Source of the DNA: a virus
Taxonomy: Duplodnaviria; Caudoviricetes
Virus record (IMG/VR): IMGVR_UViG_3300016478_000029
Coordinates: 1 to 37,301 of that record
Reading direction: 5' to 3' (one strand)
DNA: 37,301 nucleotides
Positions 26,437-36,605 of this stretch are shown piece after piece. Each line of letters opens with the position of its first letter. Positions within the stretch are counted from its first letter, which is position 1. The position numbers were made by a program, and so were the translations under genes. The notes beneath the pieces were generated by a model, which saw only the letters and a list, made by a program, of their open reading frames with translations, ran no database searches and had not been told where the DNA came from.

Positions 26437-28274
26437 TGGCTTTGCTAACCGCTTCTCCGTATTTATTTGACGATGTTCCAACTAACTATCAGCCTACTCA
26501 AATCGGCGGTATAGCGAATATCGGGAACCAAGCCCCTGCGGGTATTGCTTCAGGTCTTCCTGCTTCTCCTTATTCTTTTACGCCCACTGCAGGGACTACC
26601 GGTACAGGGTCTTATAACACCCAAGACTGGCTTTCCCTGTTATCCGGCTTGAGCGCTGGTGGCCTCACTGGTGGCGCTTCTTCAGCGGCTATCAACGAAC
26701 AGGTTGCTCGTCTGCGTGCTCTCGGTAGCTCTGCTGCCAGCGACTACGGTACTCTGGCACAGCAGGCAACACAAGGTACACAATTTACACCGTACACACT
26801 GACGAATGCTCTGGGTACAGTGCAGCAGACGGCTCCGGGTGTTGTATCTCAGACGTTAACCCCTCAGCAGCAAGCTAACGTCAATGCTGCTACGGCTATG
26901 CAGGGTAGTTTGTACGGTCAAGCTCTCCCTGATACCAGCGGTATTCAGCAGGCTGCTTTTGGTCAAGTTGGTGGTTATTTGTCACCTACTGGCAATCAAC
27001 AGCTTCAGAACCTCTCTGGCATGTTCGGTAATATCGCTGGCACCGCTGGTGCTGCTTACGGTGCTCCAACAGGTCTTGAGGGTACCACAGCACAGGCTCT
27101 TCAGGGAGCTGCCACGGGGATGTCGGGGATCGGTGGTGGTCTCGGTGGTCTTCAAACACTGCAGCAACAATACACACAGCAGGCTCAACAAGCAGCAAGT
27201 GGTCTTGGTGGTTCGACTCAAGACATGGCTAACCAGCTGTTCCAAACGCAGCAGGCAATGGTTACCCCTGAGCAGCAGCGTCAGCAGCTGGCTTTGGAGA
27301 ATCGTCTGCGTGCTCAAGGGCGTTTGGGCACTACCACTGCTATGTACGGGGGTACTCCTGAACAACTGGCAATGCAGAAGGCCATTGAAGAACAACGAGC
27401 TGGTAGCGCCTACAGTGCATTGACCAACGCAGAACAGATGGCAACATCTCAACAAGCTCGTGCATTGGGGTTGGGTCAAGCAGCTGTTGGTACTCAGCAA
27501 GGCATCTCTGGACTCACCACAGACCAACAGAACCGTGCGTTGGGACTCCTCACAGCAGGCCAACAAGGTACTTCGTTGCAAAATCAGCTGCAGGCTTCTC
27601 AGTTGCAGCAAGCAACCACTGCAGGTCAAGCATCCTCGGCTCTGGCTGCTGCTAACCAAGCTCTCAAGCAAGGTGATGTACAGACTGCTGCCTCATTGTT
27701 TAACATCGGTAGCTCCGCTGCTCAGTTGCCTTCTCAGCTGCAAGGTCAGAATATCACTCAGGCTGGTCAGTTGCAATCTCAGGCATTGGCACCGTCGGCT
27801 CAACAGCTGCAACAAGCTCAGTTGGCTGCATCGATGGGTCAACAGAATGCATCGGCTAATTTGGCTGCTGGTACTTTGTTCGGTAACTTGGCTAGTACGG
27901 GCCTGCAAGAACAGTTGACGGCTGAAAGCGCTGCTGCGGCTCTGCGAGGAAAGCAATATACCTCTGCGCTGTCTGCATTGTCTACAACAGGTGGCACTAC
28001 AGGAACAGCTGCTAACACCATCAACAGTTTGATTAACCAAGGTGTACAAAAGGTCGGTGAGAACCTTGTTAGCGCTACCGGTCAGGTGTTGGGTAAGGCT
28101 GTTGATCTGTTAGGCGCTTCTGCTTCTTCATTGTGGGACAGCATGGGCAGCATCTTTGACACCAACGCGTCGTTTGAATCTGATTGGCAGAAAGCGCTGG
28201 CAGGTCAACTGACTTCTACCGATACCAACGTTATCTCTAGTGCATGGGATACTGTGATGGGTTGGTTCTCTTAA
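26436..28274 (+). CDS. Putative internal virion/DNA ejection protein
   Basis: Q/A/G-rich helical protein in podoviral gene order. Confidence 0.7.
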   Translation: MALLTASPYLFDDVPTNYQPTQIGGIANIGNQAPAGIASGLPASPYSFTPTAGTTGTGSYNTQDWLSLLSGLSAGGLTGGASSAAINEQVARLRALGSSAASDYGTLAQQATQGTQFTPYTLTNALGTVQQTAPGVVSQTLTPQQQANVNAATAMQGSLYGQALPDTSGIQQAAFGQVGGYLSPTGNQQLQNLSGMFGNIAGTAGAAYGAPTGLEGTTAQALQGAATGMSGIGGGLGGLQTLQQQYTQQAQQAASGLGGSTQDMANQLFQTQQAMVTPEQQRQQLALENRLRAQGRLGTTTAMYGGTPEQLAMQKAIEEQRAGSAYSALTNAEQMATSQQARALGLGQAAVGTQQGISGLTTDQQNRALGLLTAGQQGTSLQNQLQASQLQQATTAGQASSALAAANQALKQGDVQTAASLFNIGSSAAQLPSQLQGQNITQAGQLQSQALAPSAQQLQQAQLAASMGQQNASANLAAGTLFGNLASTGLQEQLTAESAAAALRGKQYTSALSALSTTGGTTGTAANTINSLINQGVQKVGENLVSATGQVLGKAVDLLGASASSLWDSMGSIFDTNASFESDWQKALAGQLTSTDTNVISSAWDTVMGWFS

Positions 28275-28281
28275 TTAAGGA

Positions 28282-29412
28282 ATGAACATGGCTGGACTTT
28301 TTTCTAGTGATAGTAATGATCTGTTAACCCGGATCACACAAGAACGTCAACAAGCAAACCAAGCCCTAGGCTCTCCTTACGGTAAGTATTCTGGCATCGT
28401 TTCCACCGGTGCCGGTCTTGCTGACATCGGTGCTGATGCTATGGCATCCGGAGGCGCTGGTGGTGCTGGCGCTTCCGATCCACGTATGCAACAGATGAAC
28501 ACTGTTAAAAACATCTTTGCTCAAGTTGGAATGCAAGTTGGTAATACTTCTTCCCCTGAGTTTTACAAAGCATTGGCACAAGCGTTCACTCAACAAGGCT
28601 TTGCAGATCAAGCACAGAAGGCTAGTGAAAAGGCTACCGAAGTGGAGGCCTATGCTACCGATTTGGAATTGAAGAAACAACAACTGTCTACTGCTAAGCT
28701 GTCGGCTGACAAAGAAGCTGCAATGCGTAAGGATTTGGCTGCGCTTGGTGAGAAAGCAACGGATGATCAAATCCGTGGTGTTGTTATGAAGTATGGTGAT
28801 GCATCGGCAATCATTGCAGACCTCTCTCGCCGCGATGTTGCTAAACAAGCTGCTGAGGCTCGTAGGGATGCAGCTGCTATGGCTGCTCAAGCCCGTAAAG
28901 ATGCTTTGGATCAACGTGCTCAAGATAAAGCACTTAACAAACCGAAAGACGTTGCTGAAAAAGAAGCTCTCACTGCTACTATTCAAGCTGAGTCGGGTGT
29001 TATTGACCGATACCTGCCTATGCTGGAAGGCAAACGAGATGAAAAGGGTAACTTGATTGAGAAGCCCACTGTTGACTTCAGCTTGTCGGGTAAAACAGCT
29101 GCTTGGTTGGATTCATTTAGTGGTAATCCAAGACAAAGCACCTTGCAAATGGGCAGCATTCAGAAAACCCTGTTGCGTCAAGCCAACCTTATTTTGCAGG
29201 CCGCTAAAGGTACACAGACTGAAGGCGATGCTCAACGTGCTTATGACAGCTTGACTAGTGCTTTTGAACGTAACAGCAATGCCGGTGTTGCACAAGCGCT
29301 GAAAGAACTTAAGGATGTTCAGCGTACAGTTATCACCAGCAACAACGCTTACATCAAAGCCCGTGGTTATGGAACAGAAGACGCTGGTTGGTCTATCTCA
29401 GTGAAGAAATAA
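28282..29412 (+). CDS. Putative internal virion/DNA ejection protein
   Basis: Coiled-coil; KGTQTEGDAQR; gene order. Confidence 0.7.
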   Translation: MNMAGLFSSDSNDLLTRITQERQQANQALGSPYGKYSGIVSTGAGLADIGADAMASGGAGGAGASDPRMQQMNTVKNIFAQVGMQVGNTSSPEFYKALAQAFTQQGFADQAQKASEKATEVEAYATDLELKKQQLSTAKLSADKEAAMRKDLAALGEKATDDQIRGVVMKYGDASAIIADLSRRDVAKQAAEARRDAAAMAAQARKDALDQRAQDKALNKPKDVAEKEALTATIQAESGVIDRYLPMLEGKRDEKGNLIEKPTVDFSLSGKTAAWLDSFSGNPRQSTLQMGSIQKTLLRQANLILQAAKGTQTEGDAQRAYDSLTSAFERNSNAGVAQALKELKDVQRTVITSNNAYIKARGYGTEDAGWSISVKK

Positions 29413-29421
29413 AGGAAACGT

Positions 29422-31632
29422 ATGCCTACCTATGTAATTACAGCACCTGATGGCACTGAATTGGAAGTAACAGCCCCTGAAGGCGCTTCTCAAGCACAAG
29501 TGTTGGCATACGCTAAGGCCAACTATAAAGCCCCAGCCAAAGAAGAAGCAAAGACCGAAGAAGCCCCAAAAGCTAAACAACAAGAAGAGGACACTGGCTT
29601 CTTTGCTGGTCTTCGACGTGCTGGTTTGTTACCCGAGCTAGGTTCAAAACAAACAAAAGAAGAAGGACTAAATCGTATCGCTGATCTTCTGCACAAGACC
29701 ATCACTGCTCCGGCTGGTGGTTTTGTCAAAGCAGCTATGGATATTCCTGTTGGTTTAGTTCAACTTGCTGTTAACGCTCTGGGCAGCGATGCTTCCAAGG
29801 ATGAGATTAACAAGTGGGTTAAGGAATACGACAAGTTCGGTGACACGTCTGAGGTTACTCGCTTTGTTGGGTCAATGGCGCTGCCTCTCGGTAAAGCGTT
29901 GGAAGCCAAAACTGCTCTGGGTGCTGTTGGTAAAAGTGCTGCTGTTGGCGGTGCTGTTGCAGCTTCTACACCCACGATGACAAACACTGAGAACTATTGG
30001 GGTGACAAAGCCTTCCAAACAGGTGTTGGTGCTCTCGTCGGTGGCACTATCCCTGCTGTGGGTCTTGGTTTAGGTAAGGTAGCTAAGGTTCTTGAAGACG
30101 TTAACTTGTCTAAGGATGCCAAACAGAACGCTATCCGTGATTATCTGAACAACCTAGCAGGCCCGGAAAAAGAACAGGTGGTTAACAAGCTACGAAATGC
30201 TGGTGAACTTGTTGCTGGTTCTAAGCCTACCGCTGCTCAAGCGTTGTCAGATATGCCTTCAGCTGCTTCGTTGGTTGCTGAACAAGGTCGAGTTGGTCGT
30301 ACTCCTGATTTTGCGGTACGTGAGGCTGAACAAGCTGCTGCACGTCAACAAGCATTGGGTACCATCGCACAGCCACGAGGGATAACACAAGAACAAATGA
30401 TGGCTGCTCGTGAGGCTGCTACGGCTCCTTCCCGTGAAGCTGCTTTGGCTCAAGCGAACATCTACGGTGAGGTTGCTCCGGGTTTGGAAGCTGACATTGC
30501 TGCTCGTGATCAAGGTGCTGTTCAGGCTCTTCAAGTGCAGGGTAAAACAGCAACAGAATCCGCACAGGCCGGTGTTAGAGCCGCTGAGGGTAAGCCGGGT
30601 TGGTTGTCTAACGCTGACCGTGCTGTTGAGTTTAAGAATGCTGCCATTGACTCCGGTAATATTGTTGATCAACGTAAGGCAGAAAAAGCCTTCAAAGAGT
30701 TGCAACTGAAGAGTCTGAAAGATGAAGGATTCTTCCCACTCGAATCTGCACCGGTAATCGACAAACTGGAATCGTTAGCTAACACCAAAGGCATTCGTGC
30801 TAAAGATGGTGTACCAGAAGCACTGCGAGAGGTTTCTCAGAAGCTGCGTGATCTGTCATCCGAGAATGGTGTTATTGACAGCGCTGACCTGTATGCTGTA
30901 CGTCAAGAGTTGGGTAACACAATCCGTTCCTCGTTGGCTGGTCGCAATGTAACCCCTAACGAAAAGGTGTTAGCTGGTCTGTCGAGTTCTGTGCAGAATA
31001 CGATTGATGAGGCCATTAAGAAGGCTTCTGGGTCTACTGTGTGGGATAACTACCTGCAGAACTACACCAAGTACAGTCAGCGTTTGGATCGGATGAAGGT
31101 CGGTCAGGCTTTGGTGGACAAGTTGGGTGGTAGTGGTAAGTTTGATGTCGAACAGGCTGGTGCTTTTGCTTCCGCTATTGACAAAGCTGCACCGCTGATC
31201 AAGGAAGCAACGAAGACTACGGCAGAAAAGACTCTTGGCGATGTGTTAACCCCTCGTGAGATGTCTATCGTGGCTAATGTCGCTGCTGACCTTAAACGAA
31301 CCAAGCAAGCTGCTCTGTTAACCTCTAAGGTGGAAAAACCCACAGGCGAACTTGGTAAGGCTATTCCTGACATCAAAGTTTTGGATCGTCTTGCAACTAT
31401 CGCTGAATCTTTGTTCCGTTACATCAAACAAGGTAACCAGAAAAAGATGGACGCATTCATTGCCGATATGATGCTTAATCCACAGAAACTGGCAGATTTC
31501 CTTGAAGCAGTACCCAAAGGTAAGATGGATGTGTTTATTCGTGGTATGGTTAACACCTCGTCTCCTGAAGTAGCGACTGCTCTGGTGCAACGCTTCGGTG
31601 TTGCTGCTGGTCAAGAAGCACGGAGAGACTAA
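29422..31632 (+). CDS. Putative large internal virion/DNA ejection protein
   Basis: YVITAPDG..EVTAPEGAS N-terminus, glycine-zipper segments, helical body. Confidence 0.7.
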   Translation: MPTYVITAPDGTELEVTAPEGASQAQVLAYAKANYKAPAKEEAKTEEAPKAKQQEEDTGFFAGLRRAGLLPELGSKQTKEEGLNRIADLLHKTITAPAGGFVKAAMDIPVGLVQLAVNALGSDASKDEINKWVKEYDKFGDTSEVTRFVGSMALPLGKALEAKTALGAVGKSAAVGGAVAASTPTMTNTENYWGDKAFQTGVGALVGGTIPAVGLGLGKVAKVLEDVNLSKDAKQNAIRDYLNNLAGPEKEQVVNKLRNAGELVAGSKPTAAQALSDMPSAASLVAEQGRVGRTPDFAVREAEQAAARQQALGTIAQPRGITQEQMMAAREAATAPSREAALAQANIYGEVAPGLEADIAARDQGAVQALQVQGKTATESAQAGVRAAEGKPGWLSNADRAVEFKNAAIDSGNIVDQRKAEKAFKELQLKSLKDEGFFPLESAPVIDKLESLANTKGIRAKDGVPEALREVSQKLRDLSSENGVIDSADLYAVRQELGNTIRSSLAGRNVTPNEKVLAGLSSSVQNTIDEAIKKASGSTVWDNYLQNYTKYSQRLDRMKVGQALVDKLGGSGKFDVEQAGAFASAIDKAAPLIKEATKTTAEKTLGDVLTPREMSIVANVAADLKRTKQAALLTSKVEKPTGELGKAIPDIKVLDRLATIAESLFRYIKQGNQKKMDAFIADMMLNPQKLADFLEAVPKGKMDVFIRGMVNTSSPEVATALVQRFGVAAGQEARRD

Positions 31633-32024
31633 TGTTTTCGTTCGGTCAAAAAAGCACAGAACATCTGGACGGTGTACATCCTGATCTGGCGAAGGTCATG
31701 CTGGAGGCTATTAAACAGTCTCCGTATGACTTTTCCATCACTCAGGGTGTCCGCACTATAGAGCAACAGCAAGCATTGTTTAACGCCGGTAAGAGCCAGA
31801 CAATGCGTAGCCGTCACCTGTCAGGACATGCTGTGGATATTGCTATCCTAGAGAACGGTAAGATCACATGGGAATTTGATCGTTATAATACTGTTGCAGC
31901 TCACATCAAAGCCGTCGCTAAGAGTATGGATATTCCTGTTGAGTGGGGTGGTGATTGGGTGTCTTTCAAAGATGGCCCTCACTTCCAACTTAATAAGGGT
32001 AAATACCCTGATGAAAGGGGGTAA
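31632..32024 (+). CDS. Endolysin, peptidase M15 family
   Basis: RT.EQQ, SRHLSGHAVD, WGGDW and DGPHFQL. Confidence 0.93.
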   Translation: MFSFGQKSTEHLDGVHPDLAKVMLEAIKQSPYDFSITQGVRTIEQQQALFNAGKSQTMRSRHLSGHAVDIAILENGKITWEFDRYNTVAAHIKAVAKSMDIPVEWGGDWVSFKDGPHFQLNKGKYPDERG

Positions 32025-32026
32025 AG

Positions 32027-32431
32027 ATGCTACTAGATACCCTATTACCTTTTGCTGGTAAGCTGTTAGATAAATTCTTCCCAGATCCCGCACAGAAGGC
32101 TGAGGCGCAGTTGAAACTGCTAGAGTTAACACAATCAGGGGAATTAGCTAAGATGGCTAACGATGCTGAGATGTTCAAGACTGAGCAGGATAACCTCACA
32201 GAACGCCTGAAGAGCGATATGGGTAGTGACAGTTGGTTGAGTAAGAATATTCGACCTATGACCCTTATAGCTATCTTAGCGGGGTACTTTACCTTTGCTC
32301 TGATGTCTGCCTACGGAATTAACACCAATCAGTCCTATGTTGAACTGCTCGGACAATGGGGTATGTTAATTATGTCCTTCTACTTCGGTGGACGTACTCT
32401 TGAGAAAATCATTGACATGAAAGGAAAATAA
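32027..32431 (+). CDS. Holin (3TM/GTA-holin-like)
   Basis: LLDKFFPDP, SDSWLSKNIRP, FYFGGRTLEK; follows the endolysin. Confidence 0.8.
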   Translation: MLLDTLLPFAGKLLDKFFPDPAQKAEAQLKLLELTQSGELAKMANDAEMFKTEQDNLTERLKSDMGSDSWLSKNIRPMTLIAILAGYFTFALMSAYGINTNQSYVELLGQWGMLIMSFYFGGRTLEKIIDMKGK

Positions 32432-32488
32432 TATGGCGTGCAAATCTAAAGGTAAAAAACCACCTAAGAAGTAATATTCTTAGAAATG

Positions 32489-32525
32489 AAAAAGCCCCTA
32501 CAGTGTAATGCTGCAGGGGCTTTTT
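32489..32525. terminator. Bidirectional intrinsic terminator
   Basis: AAAAAGCCCCTACAG-loop-CTGCAGGGGCTTTTT where the two arms converge. Confidence 0.88.
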
Positions 32526-32526
32526 G

Positions 32527-32709
32527 TTATTCAGCGTCGTAGAAGTCGCCGATGTAGATAGCAAAGAATGGTATTTTGATAATCAGTCCTTGATAAGCAA
32601 CGAGGCTCTGTGATTCGTAGTCGTCTTCGTTAGACTCTACCAAATGCAGGATATCCTCGTTATGCTCAATATCAAAACCGATGCCTAGTCGATATTTGAT
32701 AACAACCAT
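32527..32709 (-). CDS. Hypothetical protein
   Basis: TAATG overlap; last gene before the terminator. Confidence 0.65.
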   Translation of the reverse strand: MVVIKYRLGIGFDIEHNEDILHLVESNEDDYESQSLVAYQGLIIKIPFFAIYIGDFYDAE

Positions 32710-32870
32710 TACTCGACCACTTTAGCGTCTTCAACGCCTTCTTGTTTGTCTTGCTCTTGGTATTGTGCCACCAGCTTCTGATGCAGAGGGAATGCACCGG
32801 ATTCAGTAGGCATACCACCAATAACACGGATGATGAATGCTGCTTCGTTTTGTTCGAGGTTAAAGTTCAT
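32709..32870 (-). CDS. Hypothetical protein
   Basis: MNFNLEQNEAAFI...; AAGGA RBS. Confidence 0.65.
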   Translation of the reverse strand: MNFNLEQNEAAFIIRVIGGMPTESGAFPLHQKLVAQYQEQDKQEGVEDAKVVE

Positions 32871-32881
32871 GGTTTTTCCTT

Positions 32882-32974
32882 TCAAAAATGTCGCCATGTG
32901 TTAACAATGATGTGAATGCAGGTGATCATCTCGACCACCCGCATAGCTATGACAACCTTAGAAGGCAATTTCAC
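32882..32974 (-). CDS. Possible 30-aa peptide
   Basis: MKLPSKVVIAMRVVEMITCIHIIVNTWRHF; GTG start overlapping the end of the RNR gene. Confidence 0.35.
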   Translation of the reverse strand: MKLPSKVVIAMRVVEMITCIHIIVNTWRHF

Positions 32975-34868
32975 AAGCACCAGCCGTACAAGCAAGAGTC
33001 TGCGCACCTTCAACGTTGTCGGTGTTCTCTAGGAAAGATTCCCAGTCGATCGTTTCCGGCATTTGAGCCTTCAACGTATTATAGACGGAAACATCAATAG
33101 TCTCATAAGGAGCCTGTCGATACGTTCCACCGTCCATTGGCAGGAAGGATACCCCTGTTATCTCATCAAAGTGTTTCCATACCCACGCTCCAACTTCAGG
33201 CCATTCATGCTCCTGCACCGAGATGGTAACAGAAGGTTTATGTTCACAGTAATGACGTTGGAAGGTCAACCACAAACGAAGGTGCTTGATCGCATCCAAA
33301 TCCTCACGGAACACCGCACCAGCCTTAACTGCCATAGGGAAGCTAAACACTGTGGTACTGTCAGGTTTCATAACACAAGGTTCTGATGGGAAGCCCTGAC
33401 TCTTCAAGAAAGCTGTCAGAGGGTCTTTGTTATCAGAACGAACCCGGCGAATGAAATACTGGCTATGCTGAGGATGAATACCACTAGCCGTGCCCGTAAG
33501 CTGAGAGACTGTACCCTCCGGCTTAATGGCAGTGATAGCAGCGCTACGGTTGATACCGATAGCATCAGCAAACTCAGCGTTAGTAGCAACAGCGACACTC
33601 TTCAGTCCTTCCAACAAGTCAGGTAGTTTTTCATCATCCGGATTGTTCAACAAGGTGTTATCCAAGATGCCTGTCATCGAGACACCCAACAGACGCTCTT
33701 CTTCAGTGTTCGTTTGCCACACCTTACGAAGATACGGGAAGTTGGTCATCGTCGATTGAAAAGTCCCCAGAATCGTTGCCAGACGAACCTTATCCCGAAG
33801 TCGATCCACAGTGTCATCGCTACGAACAATAACAGAAGAAAGATTGCAAAACTGGTAAGGACGTAGAATAATTTCAGAGCAAGGGTTAGTGCCCCACTCC
33901 CGATCCAACTCACGCCTACCATTCTTAGCCGCCTGAAGCTCCGAAGCGTATCGGTTAAAGATGCCACGCTCGCCTGAATGACTTTCATAGATAGATGACC
34001 ATTCTCTCATAAATTGACCAACATCGGGCTTAACATCGTACACCGCGCTGTTATTTGCCAACGCACGCTGTCCGTTACCATCCCACCAGTTACCTGCCTT
34101 AGCGTGTGCCATACGATCATCGCTGAGGTCAGACAAGCTGATCATAGCAGAGCGACGGACACCACCAACAACGACTACTTCTCCGATTTTACAGAGGATG
34201 TCATGGGCTTCAAGGCTTGTAAGTTTTCGACCACATGCTCCTTTAAACTTTGACACAACGTACGCAAAGAGTTCGACCAAAGGTTCTGGGCCGGAAGCAC
34301 GGCCTCCAAACGTTTTAAGGCGTGTTCCTGCTGGTCTAACAGCACTAACATCCCATTTAGGTACTTCTCCTGCATAGAGTAGAGCAATGAGTTGTCGAAG
34401 GGATTTTGCCCATCCTTCTTTGCTGTCTTTGACGTGGATGATTGTTTCTGACTCATAAAGTTTCTCCGGAATCTCTGGTAGTTTACGAACGTATTTCTGT
34501 TCAACACTGAAACCAACACCAGTGCCGCACAGCAGAATGTACATGGCCTCATCGAACGCTTTCGGATCATCGATGGGCAGGTACGAGCAGTTATAACCAG
34601 CGATGTTCTGACGCTCCAGCGCTTCACCGGCAGTCATAATCGATCGCATGGACGGAACGACCTCCAGATTAACGACAGCACTCTCCAGTTCGTTACGCAA
34701 TTCGCTACTAAGCGTGTAGTTGTGCTTAGTCTGCAAGTGTTTCTGCATGAAGTCAAAGTATCGTGCCACTGTTTCGTTCCAGTGCTCACGTCGTCCTTTA
34801 TCATCCAAGAAACGAGCATAACGGCTTTTGGCAATGTACGTTTGGTATGGGGTCATGTTACTTGTCAT
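32958..34868 (-). CDS. nrdJ: Class II (B12-dependent) ribonucleotide reductase
   Basis: PSMR, YNCS, GGVRRSA, TNPCSEI, KPEGT and C-terminal CTAGAC; no small subunit in the genome. Confidence 0.95.
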   Translation of the reverse strand: MTSNMTPYQTYIAKSRYARFLDDKGRREHWNETVARYFDFMQKHLQTKHNYTLSSELRNELESAVVNLEVVPSMRSIMTAGEALERQNIAGYNCSYLPIDDPKAFDEAMYILLCGTGVGFSVEQKYVRKLPEIPEKLYESETIIHVKDSKEGWAKSLRQLIALLYAGEVPKWDVSAVRPAGTRLKTFGGRASGPEPLVELFAYVVSKFKGACGRKLTSLEAHDILCKIGEVVVVGGVRRSAMISLSDLSDDRMAHAKAGNWWDGNGQRALANNSAVYDVKPDVGQFMREWSSIYESHSGERGIFNRYASELQAAKNGRRELDREWGTNPCSEIILRPYQFCNLSSVIVRSDDTVDRLRDKVRLATILGTFQSTMTNFPYLRKVWQTNTEEERLLGVSMTGILDNTLLNNPDDEKLPDLLEGLKSVAVATNAEFADAIGINRSAAITAIKPEGTVSQLTGTASGIHPQHSQYFIRRVRSDNKDPLTAFLKSQGFPSEPCVMKPDSTTVFSFPMAVKAGAVFREDLDAIKHLRLWLTFQRHYCEHKPSVTISVQEHEWPEVGAWVWKHFDEITGVSFLPMDGGTYRQAPYETIDVSVYNTLKAQMPETIDWESFLENTDNVEGAQTLACTAGACEIAF

Positions 34869-35022
34869 TGAAGATTTCTCCTTCTAGTTGTGACATCTTA
34901 TCTTCGATTTCGTCTAAAAATTTATCAATGAGATCACTTGTTCTTATCTCTAACAGATCGAGCAATGTAACCTCATCAATCTCCCTTAGCGCTTCGCACA
35001 GATCAATTAGTCGTTGTTCCAT
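34858..35022 (-). CDS. Small acidic hypothetical protein (54 aa)
   Basis: Hand translation MEQRLIDLCEALREIDEVTLLDLLEIRTSDLIDKFLDEIE...; overlaps both neighbours. Confidence 0.65.
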   Translation of the reverse strand: MEQRLIDLCEALREIDEVTLLDLLEIRTSDLIDKFLDEIEDKMSQLEGEIFNDK

Positions 35023-35776
35023 ACTTACGCTGCAAATAATCCATTGAAAGCAGCATTTCGTCGAATGCCCCGTCTTTTACTTCGTTCATAACTAAAAGGC
35101 CCCTCCAATGTCGATTAGAAAGCTGATCCATATAGGACTCATCATGCAGATAATAACTCCCAACAATGATAGCAGTGATAGGAGTTCCATCTGCACGTTT
35201 CCCATAGGCGATTTGCTTCCCTTGTTGATGCCCAGCAATGCAAGACATATGAAGTTTGTTGATAATAGCAGCAGCAGTACCGGCAGGTCTCCCCATCGCT
35301 CCCACAGGCCAGTAATGACTAAAACCCACGCCATCAATAAAGACAGGGCGAAGGAAATCATGAACTTCCCAATCTTTATCATAACACAAGTCCTTGGTTG
35401 TTATTAGACCTTCAAGGGTCGGGTTGTTATTCACTGCCCGGTCAATGCGGTTTTCATGGTTACCCATCAGCATAACAAGTCGGGGTTTGTACACCTTTTC
35501 CTTGTTTGTCCTCTGTCGGGATTGTAGGTCACGCAGCGGCTTTAACAGCTTTTGCATGGCCTCTTTAGCTACTGCAATGTCAGTCTTGTAACGTAACCCT
35601 TCAAAGTATTTACTGCCTTTAACATCGTGGCTGCTGAGGCTAGGCATATCAGCGAAATCACCCAGATTAACCACAACGTCAGGGCGATAGTCACAGATAG
35701 CCTTTCCTGCCCACGTAAGATGTTCGGTCGGAACACCATCCTTAATCTGACAATCCGGAATGACTAGAATTCTCAT
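35003..35776 (-). CDS. Calcineurin-like metallophosphoesterase
   Basis: IPDCQ, LGDFAD, GNHE, FSH and GHQQ. Confidence 0.9.
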   Translation of the reverse strand: MRILVIPDCQIKDGVPTEHLTWAGKAICDYRPDVVVNLGDFADMPSLSSHDVKGSKYFEGLRYKTDIAVAKEAMQKLLKPLRDLQSRQRTNKEKVYKPRLVMLMGNHENRIDRAVNNNPTLEGLITTKDLCYDKDWEVHDFLRPVFIDGVGFSHYWPVGAMGRPAGTAAAIINKLHMSCIAGHQQGKQIAYGKRADGTPITAIIVGSYYLHDESYMDQLSNRHWRGLLVMNEVKDGAFDEMLLSMDYLQRKYGTTTN

Positions 35777-35996
35777 CTTGTTCCTCTTCCATCCACATAA
35801 TCATTTCGCTGACACGTTGATACACACCAACATACCCACAACCCTCTAGGAAGGCAGCGAATTGTAGCATGATAGGCATCCACGGTGTCGATTCACGAGT
35901 CATGTAGCTGTGCTCAATACTGGTTGTCGCTTCGGTTTCGTCATCGCTTTTGGCGTGAGTAAACTGAAACGACACAATCGGATCGTTATAACTCAT
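35742..35996 (-). CDS. Hypothetical protein
   Basis: AAGGA RBS; ATGA overlap. Confidence 0.65.
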   Translation of the reverse strand: MSYNDPIVSFQFTHAKSDDETEATTSIEHSYMTRESTPWMPIMLQFAAFLEGCGYVGVYQRVSEMIMWMEEEQDENSSHSGLSD

Positions 35997-36373
35997 CGGT
36001 TTTCCTTTCGTACCTTAGCCTCTGTCGTTGTCTTTGACTTATGACAGGGGCGACATAACACTTGAAGGTTATCAGTCTCACAGAACATACGATCGATGAA
36101 TGTTTCCCAATCTACAAAGCCTACCTCTGGATCGACTACAGGGGAAATATGATCCACCTGAACGTCCCGTAGAACAAACAAATCACCGCAATCAGCGCAG
36201 CAATAATGTTTAGCTTTGCGTCCTGTCCTCTTGTTAACCCTCTGACCAACACAAGCCTCCTCTAGAGCATCACGTTTCGGTTCCCAGCGCATCATCGCAC
36301 GCCGCAGGATACCAATAACCCAAGCCCTGAACTTAGCCGGTGTCCACTTATCACCGTTGTAGCTGTTTCTCAT
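35993..36373 (-). CDS. HNH endonuclease
   Basis: CADC..VQVDHI..NLQVLCRPCHKSKT. Confidence 0.85.
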   Translation of the reverse strand: MRNSYNGDKWTPAKFRAWVIGILRRAMMRWEPKRDALEEACVGQRVNKRTGRKAKHYCCADCGDLFVLRDVQVDHISPVVDPEVGFVDWETFIDRMFCETDNLQVLCRPCHKSKTTTEAKVRKENR

Positions 36374-36605
36374 ATTGATACAGCAGCTGTGCAAACCCTT
36401 CAACGAACCGTTCATCGTGCTGATGTTCACCCATTGTAAACATAATGGCATGAACTAACTCGTGATAAAACGTCACGTCTTTGGATTGTCCTGTTAGTCG
36501 TTTGTTAATGATGATCTGTGCGTTTTCTGGGTCGGTGAAGCCCAACTCAGTGCACTCACTTTCAACAACTTTCCAAGTAACACCAGCTAGTTTAAACTGT
36601 TTCAT
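36351..36605 (-). CDS. Small HExxH metallopeptidase-like protein
   Basis: TFYHELVHAI...HDERFVE; GGAG RBS. Confidence 0.7.
   Translation of the reverse strand: MKQFKLAGVTWKVVESECTELGFTDPENAQIIINKRLTGQSKDVTFYHELVHAIMFTMGEHQHDERFVEGFAQLLYQYEKQLQR

Noticed and set aside
32433-32474. 13-aa basic micro-ORF MACKSKGKKPPKK after the holin
   Set aside because: It has an RBS-like sequence but is too short to support without homologs.
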